Origin: Selaginella moellendorffii
Taxonomy: Eukaryota > Plantae > Lycopodiophyta
DNA: 64,000 nucleotides
Direction: 5' to 3'
NCBI RefSeq assembly: GCF_000143415.4
Contig: NW_003314322.1
Location: 683,430 to 747,429 of the forward strand
Below, piece by piece: positions 1-12,142 of this stretch. How positions within the stretch are numbered: the stretch's first letter is position 1; each line of letters begins with the position of its first letter. A program made the position numbers and the translations under genes. A model generated the notes under the pieces. It did no database searches, was not told the DNA's origin, and saw only the letters and a program-made list of their open reading frames with translations.

Positions 1-1384
1 GAGCTCCCACTTCTCCAAGCACCTGACCGACGAGTCTGTCAGCCCGAGTGAGCGTCGGATCGATCGTCGTGCCGACACCGATGAGGCCTCCAGGCACCGC
101 GAACTGGAGCTCGTTCTGCTCCGCAAAGAGCGAGACGATTCGGGAGAAGATCGGTGTGCATTTGATGTTTCCTTTGTCATCCTTTGCCACGATCCCGGGA
201 CGGACTTCCACCTTCTGTCCCAGCTTTAGAACACCCTGGACGAGGAAACGCGAAAACGAGTGAGTAGTTGCAGCTGCAAGTTTTAGATTTTACACGTACC
301 CTGAGAATACTCCCGCCAGCCACTCCGCCCTTGATTTCGTCCACCTCCGCTCCCGGCTTGTTCACGTCGAAAGATCTGATGACAATCATGTTTGGTGGGG
401 AGATGAAGTCACGCTCCGGAATGGGAATCTTCTTCACGATGTATTCACAAACAACGTCGACGTTGTACTTGAGTTGCGCTGAAACAGGCACCACTGGAGC
501 GTTATCGGCGACGGTGCCCTGCAGAGCCGAAACTAAGAACGGTGTCTGCAAGGAGGAAAGAAAACGAGCGGACATACCTGGATAAACTTCTTGATGGCAT
601 CATATTGGTTAAGTGCCACGCTTTCCTGGATCAAGTCGATCTTGTTTTGGAGAATGATAATGTGCTTTAAGCGCATGATCTCCACAGCCGCAAGATGCTC
701 GGAAGTTTGCGGCTGCGGGCAGCTTTCGTTGCTGGCAATCAAAAGCAAAGCGCCGTCCATGATCGCAGCACCATTAAGCATCGTAGCCATGAGAATATCA
801 TGTCCCTGAAAGTCTTCGTAAGAACAGCTAGAAGAAAACGAAAACTACGACGAACTTACAGGACAATCCACGAAAGACACATGCCTCTTGAGCACCATCC
901 GGCAGTTCTCGAATCCAGGAACGTCACAAAAGGGACTATCTTCCTTGCCACTCCCGTAAGCTCTTCAGCACACGGCATAGACTTTAGAACATAGAGAAGA
1001 TTTCTACAAAGCGCATACTTGTAGCATTTCGGCCGAGGGCATCGCTCGTCTTCACACATGTAAATCTTCGCATTCGCATAGCCGAGCTTGATTGTGATGT
1101 TACGCTCCAATTCATTCTTGAAGCGGACAGTCTGAGAAGCAGAACAAAGAATCAAACAAAGAAAACAACATCAACTCGGCACTGGAGACACAAAACAAGC
1201 TCTAGATCACCTGGACGCCAGAGATCGCCTTGACGACTGTGGATTTGCCGTGCGCCACATGCCCAATGGTGCCGATATTGATCGTGGCTTGCCTCGAGAT
1301 GACCTCTGGCGACTGTGGAGTGAGCTTCGCTGCATCCAGCTTTGACAAATCTTGCTCCGTCAATGCTCGCCGCGACGACGACAT
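1..1384 (-). CDS. eIF2gamma: Eukaryotic translation initiation factor 2 gamma subunit (multi-exon, 3' end runs off the window)
   Basis: ATG at 1384 gives [16 protein letters not shown]...[18 protein letters not shown] (P-loop). Later exons encode [38 protein letters not shown] and RSFDVNKPG; GT-AG introns of about 50-80 nt. Confidence 0.97.
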
Positions 1385-1548
1385 TGTGCCCTGCCGCGCT
1401 TGCGCCGCCTGTCCGAAATGCCCGAACCACAAAACCCTCTGCTCTGTTTGCCCTAATTCCCAAGAACCCTAGTTCTTTGTATGCCGTTGGATCATAGCCC
1501 TAACCTTTCGACATTTCTTGGCCGTGGGATCTTTCCTTTTGGGCTCAA

Positions 1549-4500
1549 ATGCAAAGGCTTTCTTCGGCCTTGCCGCATAGATTTCCAATACCCAGGGTTT
1601 CCCCTAGCCCGGCGAAGAGTTCTAGGGTTTGTGCGGAGGCGTCGGTGATGGATAGGAAGCGGCGGATGGAGCCGGGTGTCGGCGAAAGCAGCCAGAAGAA
1701 GGCGCTTTCGCTGCGCAAGAACAATGCGCGATCCGCGAGGAGCATCAGCTACATCCAGGTTCGATTCACTGCTCTTCCTGCTTTGCGATGCCAATAGCGG
1801 CGAGCTACTGCAGATTTTTGGGACTGGAATGGACACGGGAGAGACATCGCCCTGCGTCCTTCTCTTTTTTGATAGCAAGCGGTTTGTTTTCAATGCTGGA
1901 GAGGTACGTTGCCAGAGAAGATAGATAGTTCTTACGCGAATGACATCTTTGGCAGGGTTTGCAACGTTTTTGTCAAGAGAACAAGATCAAGTTATCTAAG
2001 GCATGGAACGGTGGGATTGTTTTTCGTAACATAGAAGTCCTGACTTCGGCAAAATCAAACTTGGCAGATCGACCACGTTCTTCTTACTCGCGTGTGTTCT
2101 GAAACTGCTGGTGGCCTTGCTGGTAATTCATTTTGGCGACATACTCCAGAGCTTGACATTTGAGTATGTTGCAGGGGCGCTTTTAACACTCGCTGGCGAC
2201 GTTGGCCTAACGGTATGAAGATTTGATTGTGAGCGTGATCCTTGTTTCAATGTTTTCCTTTCTTTCTTGTCAGCTGAACATCTGGGGTCCATCGGACCTG
2301 CAATGCCTAATAACTGCGATGTCTACGTACTTGCCAAATGCCTCTTTCTTCTATACGCATGCTTTCGGGAAGGACGGCAAACTCTTGCCTGAGCATGCAA
2401 AAGATCCCAATATTGCAGTTCTCCTAGAAGATGATTTGGTGAAGATATCGGCAGTGTTGCTGGTTCCATTCTCGGATGAGCAAGGTGAAGGTAGCAGTAG
2501 TTTCTGTTGATTTGTCCCTTTAGAAATCCTTGGCGTGCAGGCAAGAAGTTTAGACCTGGCGATGTCGCTGTAGTGTATGTTTGCGAGCTTCCCGAAGTTA
2601 GAGGCAAGTTCGATCCTGTGAAGGCAGCTGCTTTGGGATTGCGTCCAGGTCGAAAGTACGCTTTGCTTCAAAGTGGAACTTCTGTTCTTTCAGATGATGG
2701 GACAACAGAGGTAGCGTTTTTCTATTGAGTTTTATGTTCTTTTCACATGCAGAGTTTCAGATTTTTCCGGAGTCTGTCATGGAACCATCATCCCCGGGCC
2801 CAAAGGTTATTCTTGTGGACTGCCCGACAAGGTTCCATATTCCGTCTCTGCTGACGGCAAACGGTTTGAAAGGATTGTACACTAGCGATGGCGCCGCGTC
2901 TGTGGCGTGCATTGTACACATGAGTCCTGCTATCGTGGTTAACGATAGTAAATACCAGGATTGGATGAGGCTTTTTGGCTCGACTGAACATATACTGGCA
3001 GGATCAGGATGGTAAGTTAGCTAAAAAATGAGTACCTTGTTTTTAATGTTTTTCTTCCCGGATTTTTGCAGCTCTAATTCTCTTTCCCCAATTCTCAAGT
3101 CTAGCGCAAAGATACTTTCCAAGCTAAATTTTGCATGTCCTTATGTTTTCCCTGTGCCTGGTTACGGTTACGAATCATCGGAAAACCAGCAAATATTGTT
3201 GCAGCAGCAGGTTAGCTATTGTCTTTTTAGTTTTCCTTATGAGTGACTGACTCTTGTTTTTCAGAACAATTTGTCCGTCACCATTGCCAAGAACTTGTTA
3301 AAGGTTTGAAAGATTTGGGGACGGGCAAATTACTGACTCTTACGTGTCTGATGCTATCAGTTTCGTTTACTTCCGCTATCCGGTCTAGGAATGGATGGTT
3401 CTTCAGTGCCAGAAGCTTTTGACGGGAAGGTGCATACAGACGAGCTGATTGAATGCGTACCCGAAATTTTACCACTGACGGAAAAACTCAAGGAATTTTG
3501 GAAAGCTTACGGTTCCAAGGACCTTGTCGAAGAACCTTGGTTCGATAAAGGTGCAGATTCTCGCTCACTGAGCTCCTCAAGCTTGACAAAGGAGATTCCC
3601 GACACATTGAAAGCAGTAGGCAGGAAAGAGGTGGAGCTTATATTCCTTGGCACTGGATCTTCTCAGCCTTCGACATATCGTAATGTTAGTGCGATCTACG
3701 TCCACCTTTTCGCAAATGGGGGGATGCTTCTGGATTGTGGAGAGGGAACTTACGGTCAGCTACTAAGAAGGTACCGCGTGTTTCGGTGCTTGCTAGATTG
3801 TTTCTTACTGGGCTCTGGTCTGCAGGTTCGGACCAAGTACTGATTCCGTTGTAGCTGGCCTACGTTTGATTTGGATTTCGCACATCCATGCTGATCATCA
3901 CGGTGGTCTTAGCCGAATACTCTCTGTTCGGCGGCAGCTTCTTTCCAAGTCTGGCAACGTCGAACCGCTTCTCGTGGTGGGACCAAAGTTGCTGAAACGG
4001 GTTCTGGAGGCTTATGATATGGTTGAGGACCTTGGGGTGGAATTCTTAGATTGTAGTCAAACGACGTTGGAAGCATCAGACATTGCGGCTGGAGGTCAAC
4101 CCAAGGGATTCGTTAGCTCTATAGTTTCTGGATCACAGGAAGGCAGGTCCGGGTTCATGCAGTGGGTTCAGCGGGGATACCATCTTAGGAATGGACTGGA
4201 TGAAGCTGGAAGGAGTAAACTGCAGGATACATTGAAAGCACTGGGTCTGAGCAGCTTAGTGAGCGTACCGGTGATCCATTGCCCACATGCATTTGGAGTA
4301 GTTCTTGAAGCTCAAAACAAGGCCGACACTTCAAAAGCGGGATGGAAGCTTGCTTATTCAGGGGACACAAGGCCTTGCAAGGCCTTTATTGAGGCCTCTG
4401 ACGGCGCTACAGTTTTCATTCATGAGGTACGTTCGTTCAGAAATCCCCAAAAGTAGGATTCATATCCATGTGTTTTTGATACTTGACAGGCCACCTTTGA

Positions 4501-4789
4501 GGATGGAATGTCTGAGGAAGCGGTATCAAAGATGCATAGTTCAACTCACGAAGCCATACAGGCTGGGGCTTTGGCGCGAGCCTATCGGACCATCCTGACG
4601 CACTTCAGTCAGCGTTACTCCAAGGTGCCAGTTTTTGACGACAGCTACAACGACAGGACATGCGTGGCTTTCGACTTGATGAGCATCGATTTAGTTGATC
4701 TGCCCCTGTTACCGTCGCTCATCCCCGTGCTAAAGCTTCTCTTCAAGGACGATCAAGCTGAAGAGCAAGCCGACGAAGAGGTTTTGTAG
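1549..4789 (+). CDS. Long-form tRNase Z (ELAC2/TRZ3-4-like), multi-exon, with N-terminal organellar-type extension
   Basis: Motifs GTGMDT..SPCVLLFFD..RFVFNAGEGLQRF, exosite GKFDPVKAAALGLRPG, LGTGSSQPS..RNVS, LLDCGEGT, ISHIHADHH, YSGDTRP, HEATF, LTHFSQRY. Stop TAG ends at 4789. Second in-frame ATG at 1648. Confidence 0.95.
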
Positions 4790-6746
4790 CACGACAATGG
4801 TCCACAGGTTCGAGACACCTGCTTGCTGAGCTACTGACTTGGGTGACGTGGTTTCAGATGTGGAAAACGTGGCAATTGCGGGAACAAAAAATCTTTTTGC
4901 CAACCAGTCATCTCAAAGCATCAAGCGTGAGTGCCCGTTTAATTTTTTTATACCAATGCTTTGAAAAGAGATGACACTAAAAGAAAGCCTTTTGTGGGTC
5001 CAGGGAGTAATCGTTTTGTCGACACGGCTGCACAAATATGCCCGATGGGATTGGACCACTCAGCTTGATGTGGAATCTGTGGATGGCTGCTATAATGACG
5101 CTATGCTCCAATCATGGTCTTGCTGTAATGCGAATCGATCGGGGGCTTGTAAGTCCATCGTCCCACCTTATAATTCTTGTTAGTTGCTGCTTTACTTTTT
5201 TGTCTTCCAATCTTTGCTGGTGTTTGTTTTCTTGTTGTGCCGACTAATTCTCTCCTTTTTACAGCGGTTTCTATCTAGTCCAACCAATGCGAGCGAAGTT
5301 TCTGCTCAAAGTACACGTAGGTGTCACATTGTGTAAAGACTTAACCGTCTGGTTTTGGCGTACAAGATCAAGGAAAAAGGAGACGTCCGGGCTTTTAACG
5401 TGATTCCCCCCCGAGTCGCTTTCAGCTCCCAAACTTCGTTTTTTCTTGGTGGACTGAACAGCCTCACACACAGGTCTTCTCCGCGCATCGTTTCTTCGGT
5501 GTAGGAGGAACCAACGAGCACGCTTGTGCGACGCATGCGCCTTTTGCCAAGAAAAAAAAAGCTGTTTTGGAAGAGAACAAGTAAAAGTTTCCCTCGAAAT
5601 CTTTGCCATCGACTGGAAGTTATTGCCATTAGTATAATTCTTTGGCTTAAGATTGGCCAGACTGGAGCCAATCATAAGATCCCCGTACAGGAAATCTCCC
5701 CTCAGTACGGCGGGGATGGGCCATGGCCCAAGGTGACCCAGGCAGACAGCCCCGCCTTTGTTTTTTCCTTTTCGTGAAAATGCGGGAGCTGCTCCCGGGC
5801 GACGTGTCGTGTGCGCATTGGCCCCCGCGGTTAGTGGCCTTGAAAACACTCCGCCTTATCCTCATTGGCTGCTGGGCGGGATATCATTCTATTTTATTTT
5901 AGAGAAAGGAAACACAAGCTTATTTTCATTCATTTCATGTTATACGGACCAAATAAAGTTATGGAATGGAAAGCTTAGGGAATAAATATTAAACAATCTA
6001 AGCGTTTGATCGCCCCTCGATCCGACAGTATCCAACGGTCCAAGGGGGAGGTGATAGCTGGCCGCAGATCTGGCACCGCACACGTCCCCGTCACACCGCC
6101 ATCCGACGGCCCAAAGATGAGACACACAGTTTTTTAAAAAGGGCCCTGCACATTAAAATCCCGGCTGACGGATTCCGTACCTCCCCTGGTATGGGCCCCC
6201 CCGATTCTCCGAAGTACGGTCGCTGACCCGACCGGATTCTATTCTGTGACCCATCACGCATGACGGCCACACGGCAGATGGCCCAGCACCAGTGAAGGCT
6301 CTTCGGTTGTCCTTGTGTACACACCAACACACCATACACCCAACACACAAAACACAACGAAAGAAAGAGAGAAGGAGAGAGAGAAAGAGGGAGGGATGGG
6401 TGTGTTCTTGAGCTTCTAGCGCGAGCTAGGGTACCGTTTTCCATCACGGGATCGTGGGAGGAGCTGTCGACGGGAGGAGCGATGGCGTCGGCGAAGCGGC
6501 GGCCGTGCTGGACATAGCCTATTCCAACGGAGGAATGCGCGCGCGCTGCGAAATATTTCCAGGTCCGCCTCATGTTTCTTGAGCGATCTCTTGGATTGGG
6601 GCCTTCTTCCTTGATCGACGCGCCCGGCAATGCGCTTGGCGCCTTGACCTAGTGCCCGCGGAGGCGTGTTCTTCCTTGTCTTTCTCTAGAAGCTCTTTCC
6701 CTGCTTGGTATTTCGAAATTGGAGCAGCGGGAATTCGTCAGCGGTG

Positions 6747-8204
6747 ATGCTCGCTGAGCACTTCGTCTCTGGGAATATGGAGAATGGTGGGGATTTCGGC
6801 ACGGCCAGGCTCGATTGGGAATGGGACAACGTGATGATGCTGCCAGCGGCAGGGATGAATCGGAAGCTCCACAGCGCTGATTGGAGCGAGGAGCCAGTGA
6901 TGGGATCAGGCAAGGGTGGTGGCGGCGTCTTCTCTTCCGTCGCCGTCAAGCACGAGTGCTCGGGTGGGGAGATCCTGGACCTGACAAGATCCAAGCCCGA
7001 CAGGAAGGCCAATGAGCTGATTGCCTCCCCGGAGAAGCCTTCCTCCAATTCCTCCAAGGACTTTTTCCTGGGGCTGAGTGGAGGAGTTGCCAGTGGTGGT
7101 AAAGGCGACATGGACAAGAACAGCGAAAGGGCGGCGATGGCTAATGGCGACGCGGAGACCGGTCTCAAGCTTGGACTCAAGCGTAGTTTCACTCCGGATA
7201 ATCTTGCCGATGGTAACGCCGCCGCTACGACTGCCGCCACCACCTCCACCACCATCACCGCTACCACCAACAACAGCAAAGGGGGGTCTCCAGGGAAGAA
7301 GCCTCGCGGCTCCGCGAATCACACACCGCGTTGCCAAGTCGAGGGATGCAAGACGGATCTCTCCTCGGCCAAGGACTACCACCGGAGGCATAAGGTGTGC
7401 GCAATGCACTCCAAATCGGCGAAGGTCAGTGTCAACAACATCGAGCAGCGCTTCTGCCAACAATGCAGCCGGTAATTTTGCGAGAGTAGTCCTCGCTTCT
7501 TTTCGAGCCTAAGTTTTCTAGCTTCTTTGTTCCTTTTGGCCAGGTTTCACGTCCTGTCCGAGTTTGACGAAGGCAAGCGAAGCTGCCGGAGGCGTCTGGC
7601 CGGCCACAATGAGCGACGTAGGAAGCCACAGCCGGATCCAATGGCGTTGACAAGCGCCGCGCTCTCGCCTTACCAGGCGGGCTTCATGAGGCTTGCTCGT
7701 GGTGATGGATTACTTTGTTGTTGCTTTGTGTGTTACTGAAACTCTTTCTTACTTTGTTCCAGATGAGCGTCTGCTGGGTTATGGGACTCCACTATCGTAC
7801 CTCGGTGTGGACAATTTACACGGCAAGCTCTCCTGGCCCAGGTTTGGAAGCGTCGATGATCACACGGGTCTCGTCTCGGGCTCGTCTAACATGTCCAGGC
7901 CGGAGCGCTTCTTCATGCTCTTCCCTCCAAGGAAGGGTCCAGCGATACTCAACAGCGTCGGCCATCACGGTGTCCATCAGTTCATGCAAGGCTCCGGCTC
8001 CATGGGCCAAAACCTGACGCTCTCGTCACCCTCGGCGTCGGGTGTGTACGCCGCCGGCATAGGCCCGCCCAGCCAAGCCTCGCACAACGCAGCCGCGGTG
8101 TCTGACTCTGGTCGTGCTCTCTCTCTTCTGTCATCTCAGCCATGGACGAGCCCCCATGACTCGATGGAGCAGCTCATGTCCGAAAGCCGAGCTCCTTACA
8201 ACTC

Positions 8205-8235
<31 letters not shown>

Positions 8236-8637
8236 GCAGCGAGTTACTCGGGGAATTCCCCGGTCCGGCAGCCGAGTTACGGCTCTCCCCAGGTGTTGCC
8301 ACAGCAGGTTTCTCAGGGAAACATAGCGGTCGTAGCGCTGGAAAGCAGGAGTAGTGCTCAAGCTCAGCAGCAGCAACAAGGTGGCGGCGGTGGCTCGTTC
8401 CTGCCTGGGATAAATAACTACGAGAACCATGCGGTGCTCACTCTACTCCAGGAATCCGAGCTGCGGAATTTACAGGAGCAACAGCAGCAGCATGCCGCGA
8501 GGCCGACGATCGATCTCATGCAAATGTCAACAACGCAGCCGCCAGCGACCGTCGTAATCCAGCAACCGCAAAGTTCGTCCGATTTTCAGGTGCTCAAGCC
8601 GTATGGTTCCGGACTGTATGATCCGCACCAGCTCTGA
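6747..8637 (+). CDS. SBP-box (SPL) transcription factor, miR156-targeted class; 3 coding exons (~6747-7471, 7544-~7700, 7763-8637)
   Basis: SBP domain [23 protein letters not shown]...QRFCQQCSR|[27 protein letters not shown], split by the conserved intron; GLKLG motif; ALSLLS motif. Start codon uncertain (6747 or 6778). Confidence 0.93.
8114..8133 (+). promoter_or_regulatory. miR156/157 target site within the SPL coding sequence
   Basis: GTGCTCTCTCTCTTCTGTCA, the canonical SPL miR156 response element, encoding ALSLLS. Confidence 0.95.
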
Positions 8638-9299
8638 GGGCACACGCGCTCTCCTCCGTGTCCTCGTCCGTTCGTCCGTTCGTCCCAGCAGAATTTAGGA
8701 GTGGTGGCGATCGAAACGAGCGACAAGGAGATTATATCGCTAGCAACCAAGAAGATCTATCAATCTTCTTCTATCTATCTATCCTCTCAGTGATAAGTGG
8801 CGACTTGGTCGAAGTGGCCTCTCCCTCTCTCGAGGTACCTGACAACACTACGCACTTCCAGTTTGCATTTGCCATCTTTGTGTGCTTTTTCTTTTTTTTC
8901 TTTTGGTTATCTTTTTCTTTTTTCATCTTAACTTTGTTTCTAGGCAGATTTGTATCATCATCTATTCAGGAAGGAAGATCCAAGAGAAGACGGGAACATT
9001 AAAAGAACTACAAAAAAAATGAAAATTAGAAGTGGAAAAAGAAATTATCCTTTCTTTTGATAATGCATTTGTTAGGATTAGAAAAAGTAGAGGCGAATTT
9101 TTGCACGTTGTTCGTGTGGTGGTGGTGACATTACCCCGCGTCCAGAAAGTATAAATGGATACGAATATCCACCCGCATTTTCGCTGTGCGGCCAGCTACC
9201 GGCATTCAATGCGGCCCAGAGACAAAGATTTGCGTTTGACGAGCGGTGGAATATCCAGTTTTTGTTCTTTTAGGGCTCCCTTGGCCCAAAGCCCTAATT

Positions 9300-12142
9300 C
9301 TAGACCAATCTGGTGTAGAGCGAGAAGAGCCGGTTGTGCTGTGTTGTTAGGGTTGAAAGGAGTCCTCCCGAGTCGGACGCTGGCGAGCCCAAGGCGTGAT
9401 CGCCATTGTTAGACGGTGGTGGTGGTGACGATCCCAGGATCAAATTGTTGGCGGCGGTGGCGGCGGCGGCGGTAATGTGGTTGCCAGTGTTGTTAGTCGT
9501 GCTGGTGGTGGTGGAGTTCGTCACGGTGGACGCTGCCGGCACCAGGTTCTTGATCGAGTTTGTGGCGCTGTAGCTCACTTTGCTCGCCTCCGAGTCGTCC
9601 CGGGATGCCGACGGCGAGCTGCTGCTCTTGGGGAGCAGCGCGCTGGGCTTCGTGTCGGCTACACACACACACACACGATCAAAGTGCTCAGCGCAAAGTG
9701 TCGGAAGAGCTTGGCTTCGAAAGCGATATCATTCTCCGGGAGGAGAGAGCTTACCACCGCTAGAGTGTGTTGCTTCCGAGCCGCCTCCCCCGCCTCCTCC
9801 TTCGTGGGACTCGGACTTTCCAGCGGCGGAGTCACCGGCGGTGGAAGTCGAAGCGGCGGCGGCGGCGCTGGCGGTGGTGGTGGTGCTCGTTGGCTGCGGC
9901 TTCCGCCTCCGCCGGTTGTGATCGGCCAACCGCTTCCGGCAGCTCCGCTTGGAGTCGTCGAACTCGGTTAGCAAGTGGAATCTGGATGATCACACAAGAT
10001 CGAAACTCGTCAGAGAAAATCTCATAGCGATCACATGAATCGCGAATCGGCACGACCGACAAACTTATTCCCTCCATCCAATCCAATTTCGCACACACTG
10101 AGAACTGTAGCTGTGTAGCTGACCTGGGGGAGCTACAAGCAAAGCGGAGAAAACCAAGAAAACTTTCTCGTGCTCGATGAAAGCTTGCCGGTGCTGTGTG
10201 CCTAGCTAGGCGTAGCTCCCACACACACACGCACAGGAGAAATGAAGGCCATGAAGAGATGCAACGACATATTCCATTCCTTTCCACCCAATCCACTCAG
10301 TCCAGCACAGTTTTGCTTTGCACGCGGATCAATCAAGCACACAAAAGCAAAATCGGAGAAAAGAAAGAGATCAACAGCGAAGAACAAGAACACACAGCTA
10401 TAACTGCAGTTGAGACGAGAGTTCTTGGAACGAGTAAGTAACGCGTTTCGTACTACCCGCTTAAAACAGCTACCATTGTAGCTCGCACTTGACAAAACCA
10501 AGCATACAAAACAAAGACGAAGAAGCAAACTGAAAAAACAAGGACAGACTCAAATCAATCAAGTAATGGAAAGTGCAGGCCATCTCCCCAAGAAAAAAAC
10601 GGCTTTTACAGAACAGGGGGTGAAACCACGAACTTGAACTGCTAGGAGCTCGAAGCTTTCGGAAGAAAGCTATGAAGAACAGGGAAAAGCCATGATATGA
10701 TCATGGCCGGGTGGCGGGAAGAAACAATGGTGGCGTTGCCAAGAAGTTGACGATGATCTCACCCGAGAAAGGAGGGAGTAGAAAAACGAGAGAGAGCGAA
10801 AGATGACTGACCTGCTGCATTGTTGGCAGAAGCGCTGGGTCTGATTGTTGGCGATCACGTTTGGAGCCTTGGAGTGGAGCTCGCACACCTTGTGGCGGCG
10901 ATGGTAGTGCTTGGCCTTGCTCAAGTCCGCGGTGCACCCCTCGGCCTGGCAGCGGGGGACGTGAACCGACGGCCCGTTGAGCCGCGGCCGCTTGCCAAAC
11001 CGCGCAATCAGCGAGTCCTCGGCCGAGAAGTAAGTCCGCCCCCCGAGGTTCAATCCAATCCTCCCATGCAGCCACTCGTTCATCTGCTGCTGCTGATCGT
11101 ACTGGCTATGGCTGCTCGAATGGTGGTGGTGACCCAAGAACTGGTAGTGCGGCTGCTGCTGCTGCTGCTGCTGGTGGCTATGGTGTTGTTCTTCGCGCTT
11201 GATGTAATTCCACAACCCACCTAGAGCTCCCAAGTTCCCGGAGCTGGATCGCTGCTGCGCGACATGCTGCTGCTGCTGGTGTTGCTGATCGGTCGACTCC
11301 ACGTCCATGAGGCCGAAGAAGCTGCGCCTTTGCTCGAAAGTTCGCAAATCCTGCTGCTGCTGATGTTCTTGGTGGTGGTGGTGGTGGTGGAGCTGATGAT
11401 CCGGGACGTCGAGCGCGGTGGCGCTGCCAAGGATCCCGTTTTGCTGCTGCTGCTGCTGGAGCAGCGCTAGTGTCATGGGATTCGTGGACGAGGAAGTTGA
11501 CGATCGTTGCTGCTGCTGCTGGAGCATCGTCTGGAAGTGGGTGCCACCGCCGGTGGTACCGCCGCTACCACCGCCGCTACCGCCACCGCCACCGCCCGAG
11601 GGTGGGAAAGTGCCGCCTGGGAAGCCACCAGCGCCGCCGCCACCGCCGCCATAGCTGCTGGGAAAGACGAGGCCGCCACCGTGCTGCGAGGACGAGGAAG
11701 AGGTGGAGGAGTAAGAGCTGGGCCTGGAGAGAATTAGTGGCTTGAGCTCGTGGCCTTGCTGCTGGTGGTGGTGGTGGTGCTGCTGCTGCTGATAGAAGAG
11801 ATTGCTCGTGCTAGTGGTGGTGGTGCTCGACTGATCCCATGGAGATATCTCCCACTGATCGCCTCCAGCGCTGCTGTTCGTCTTGGAAGAATGGTGGTGG
11901 TGGTGGTGGTGAGCGGCGCTGTTGGAGGAGGGAGCCGCGGAGAGCTGGTGGTGGTGGTGGTGATCTTGGTGGTAGTGGTTTTGATGATTCGATGCGAAGG
12001 GATGCATCGTGAGATCCCAGGAGCTCTGCTGGTGGTGGTGATCGCTGGATCCTCCTCCTCCTCCGCCTCCTCCAGCAGCGGCAGCCCAGAGCGGCAGACC
12101 AGATCCTCCAGCCGCCGCCGCCGCTGTTCCCGAAGGATTCAT
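9300..12142 (-). CDS. SBP-box transcription factor, SPL8-like; exons 12142-10812, 9981-9755, 9658-~9300
   Basis: [13 protein letters not shown] motif (SPL8 clade) precedes SBP domain [28 protein letters not shown]...QQCSR|[28 protein letters not shown]. PolyQ/H/G/S N-terminus. C-terminal end less certain. Confidence 0.9.
11085..12125 (-). repeat. Coding trinucleotide repeats (CAG, CAC, GGC) giving polyQ, polyH and polyG tracts
   Basis: Many (gct)n, (ggt)n and (ccg)n runs on the + strand inside SPL8-like exon 1. Confidence 0.9.

Noticed and set aside
5271-6630. 192-aa and 179-aa minus-strand ORFs upstream of the first SPL gene
   Set aside because: No recognisable domains; they overlap promoter and leader-like sequence.
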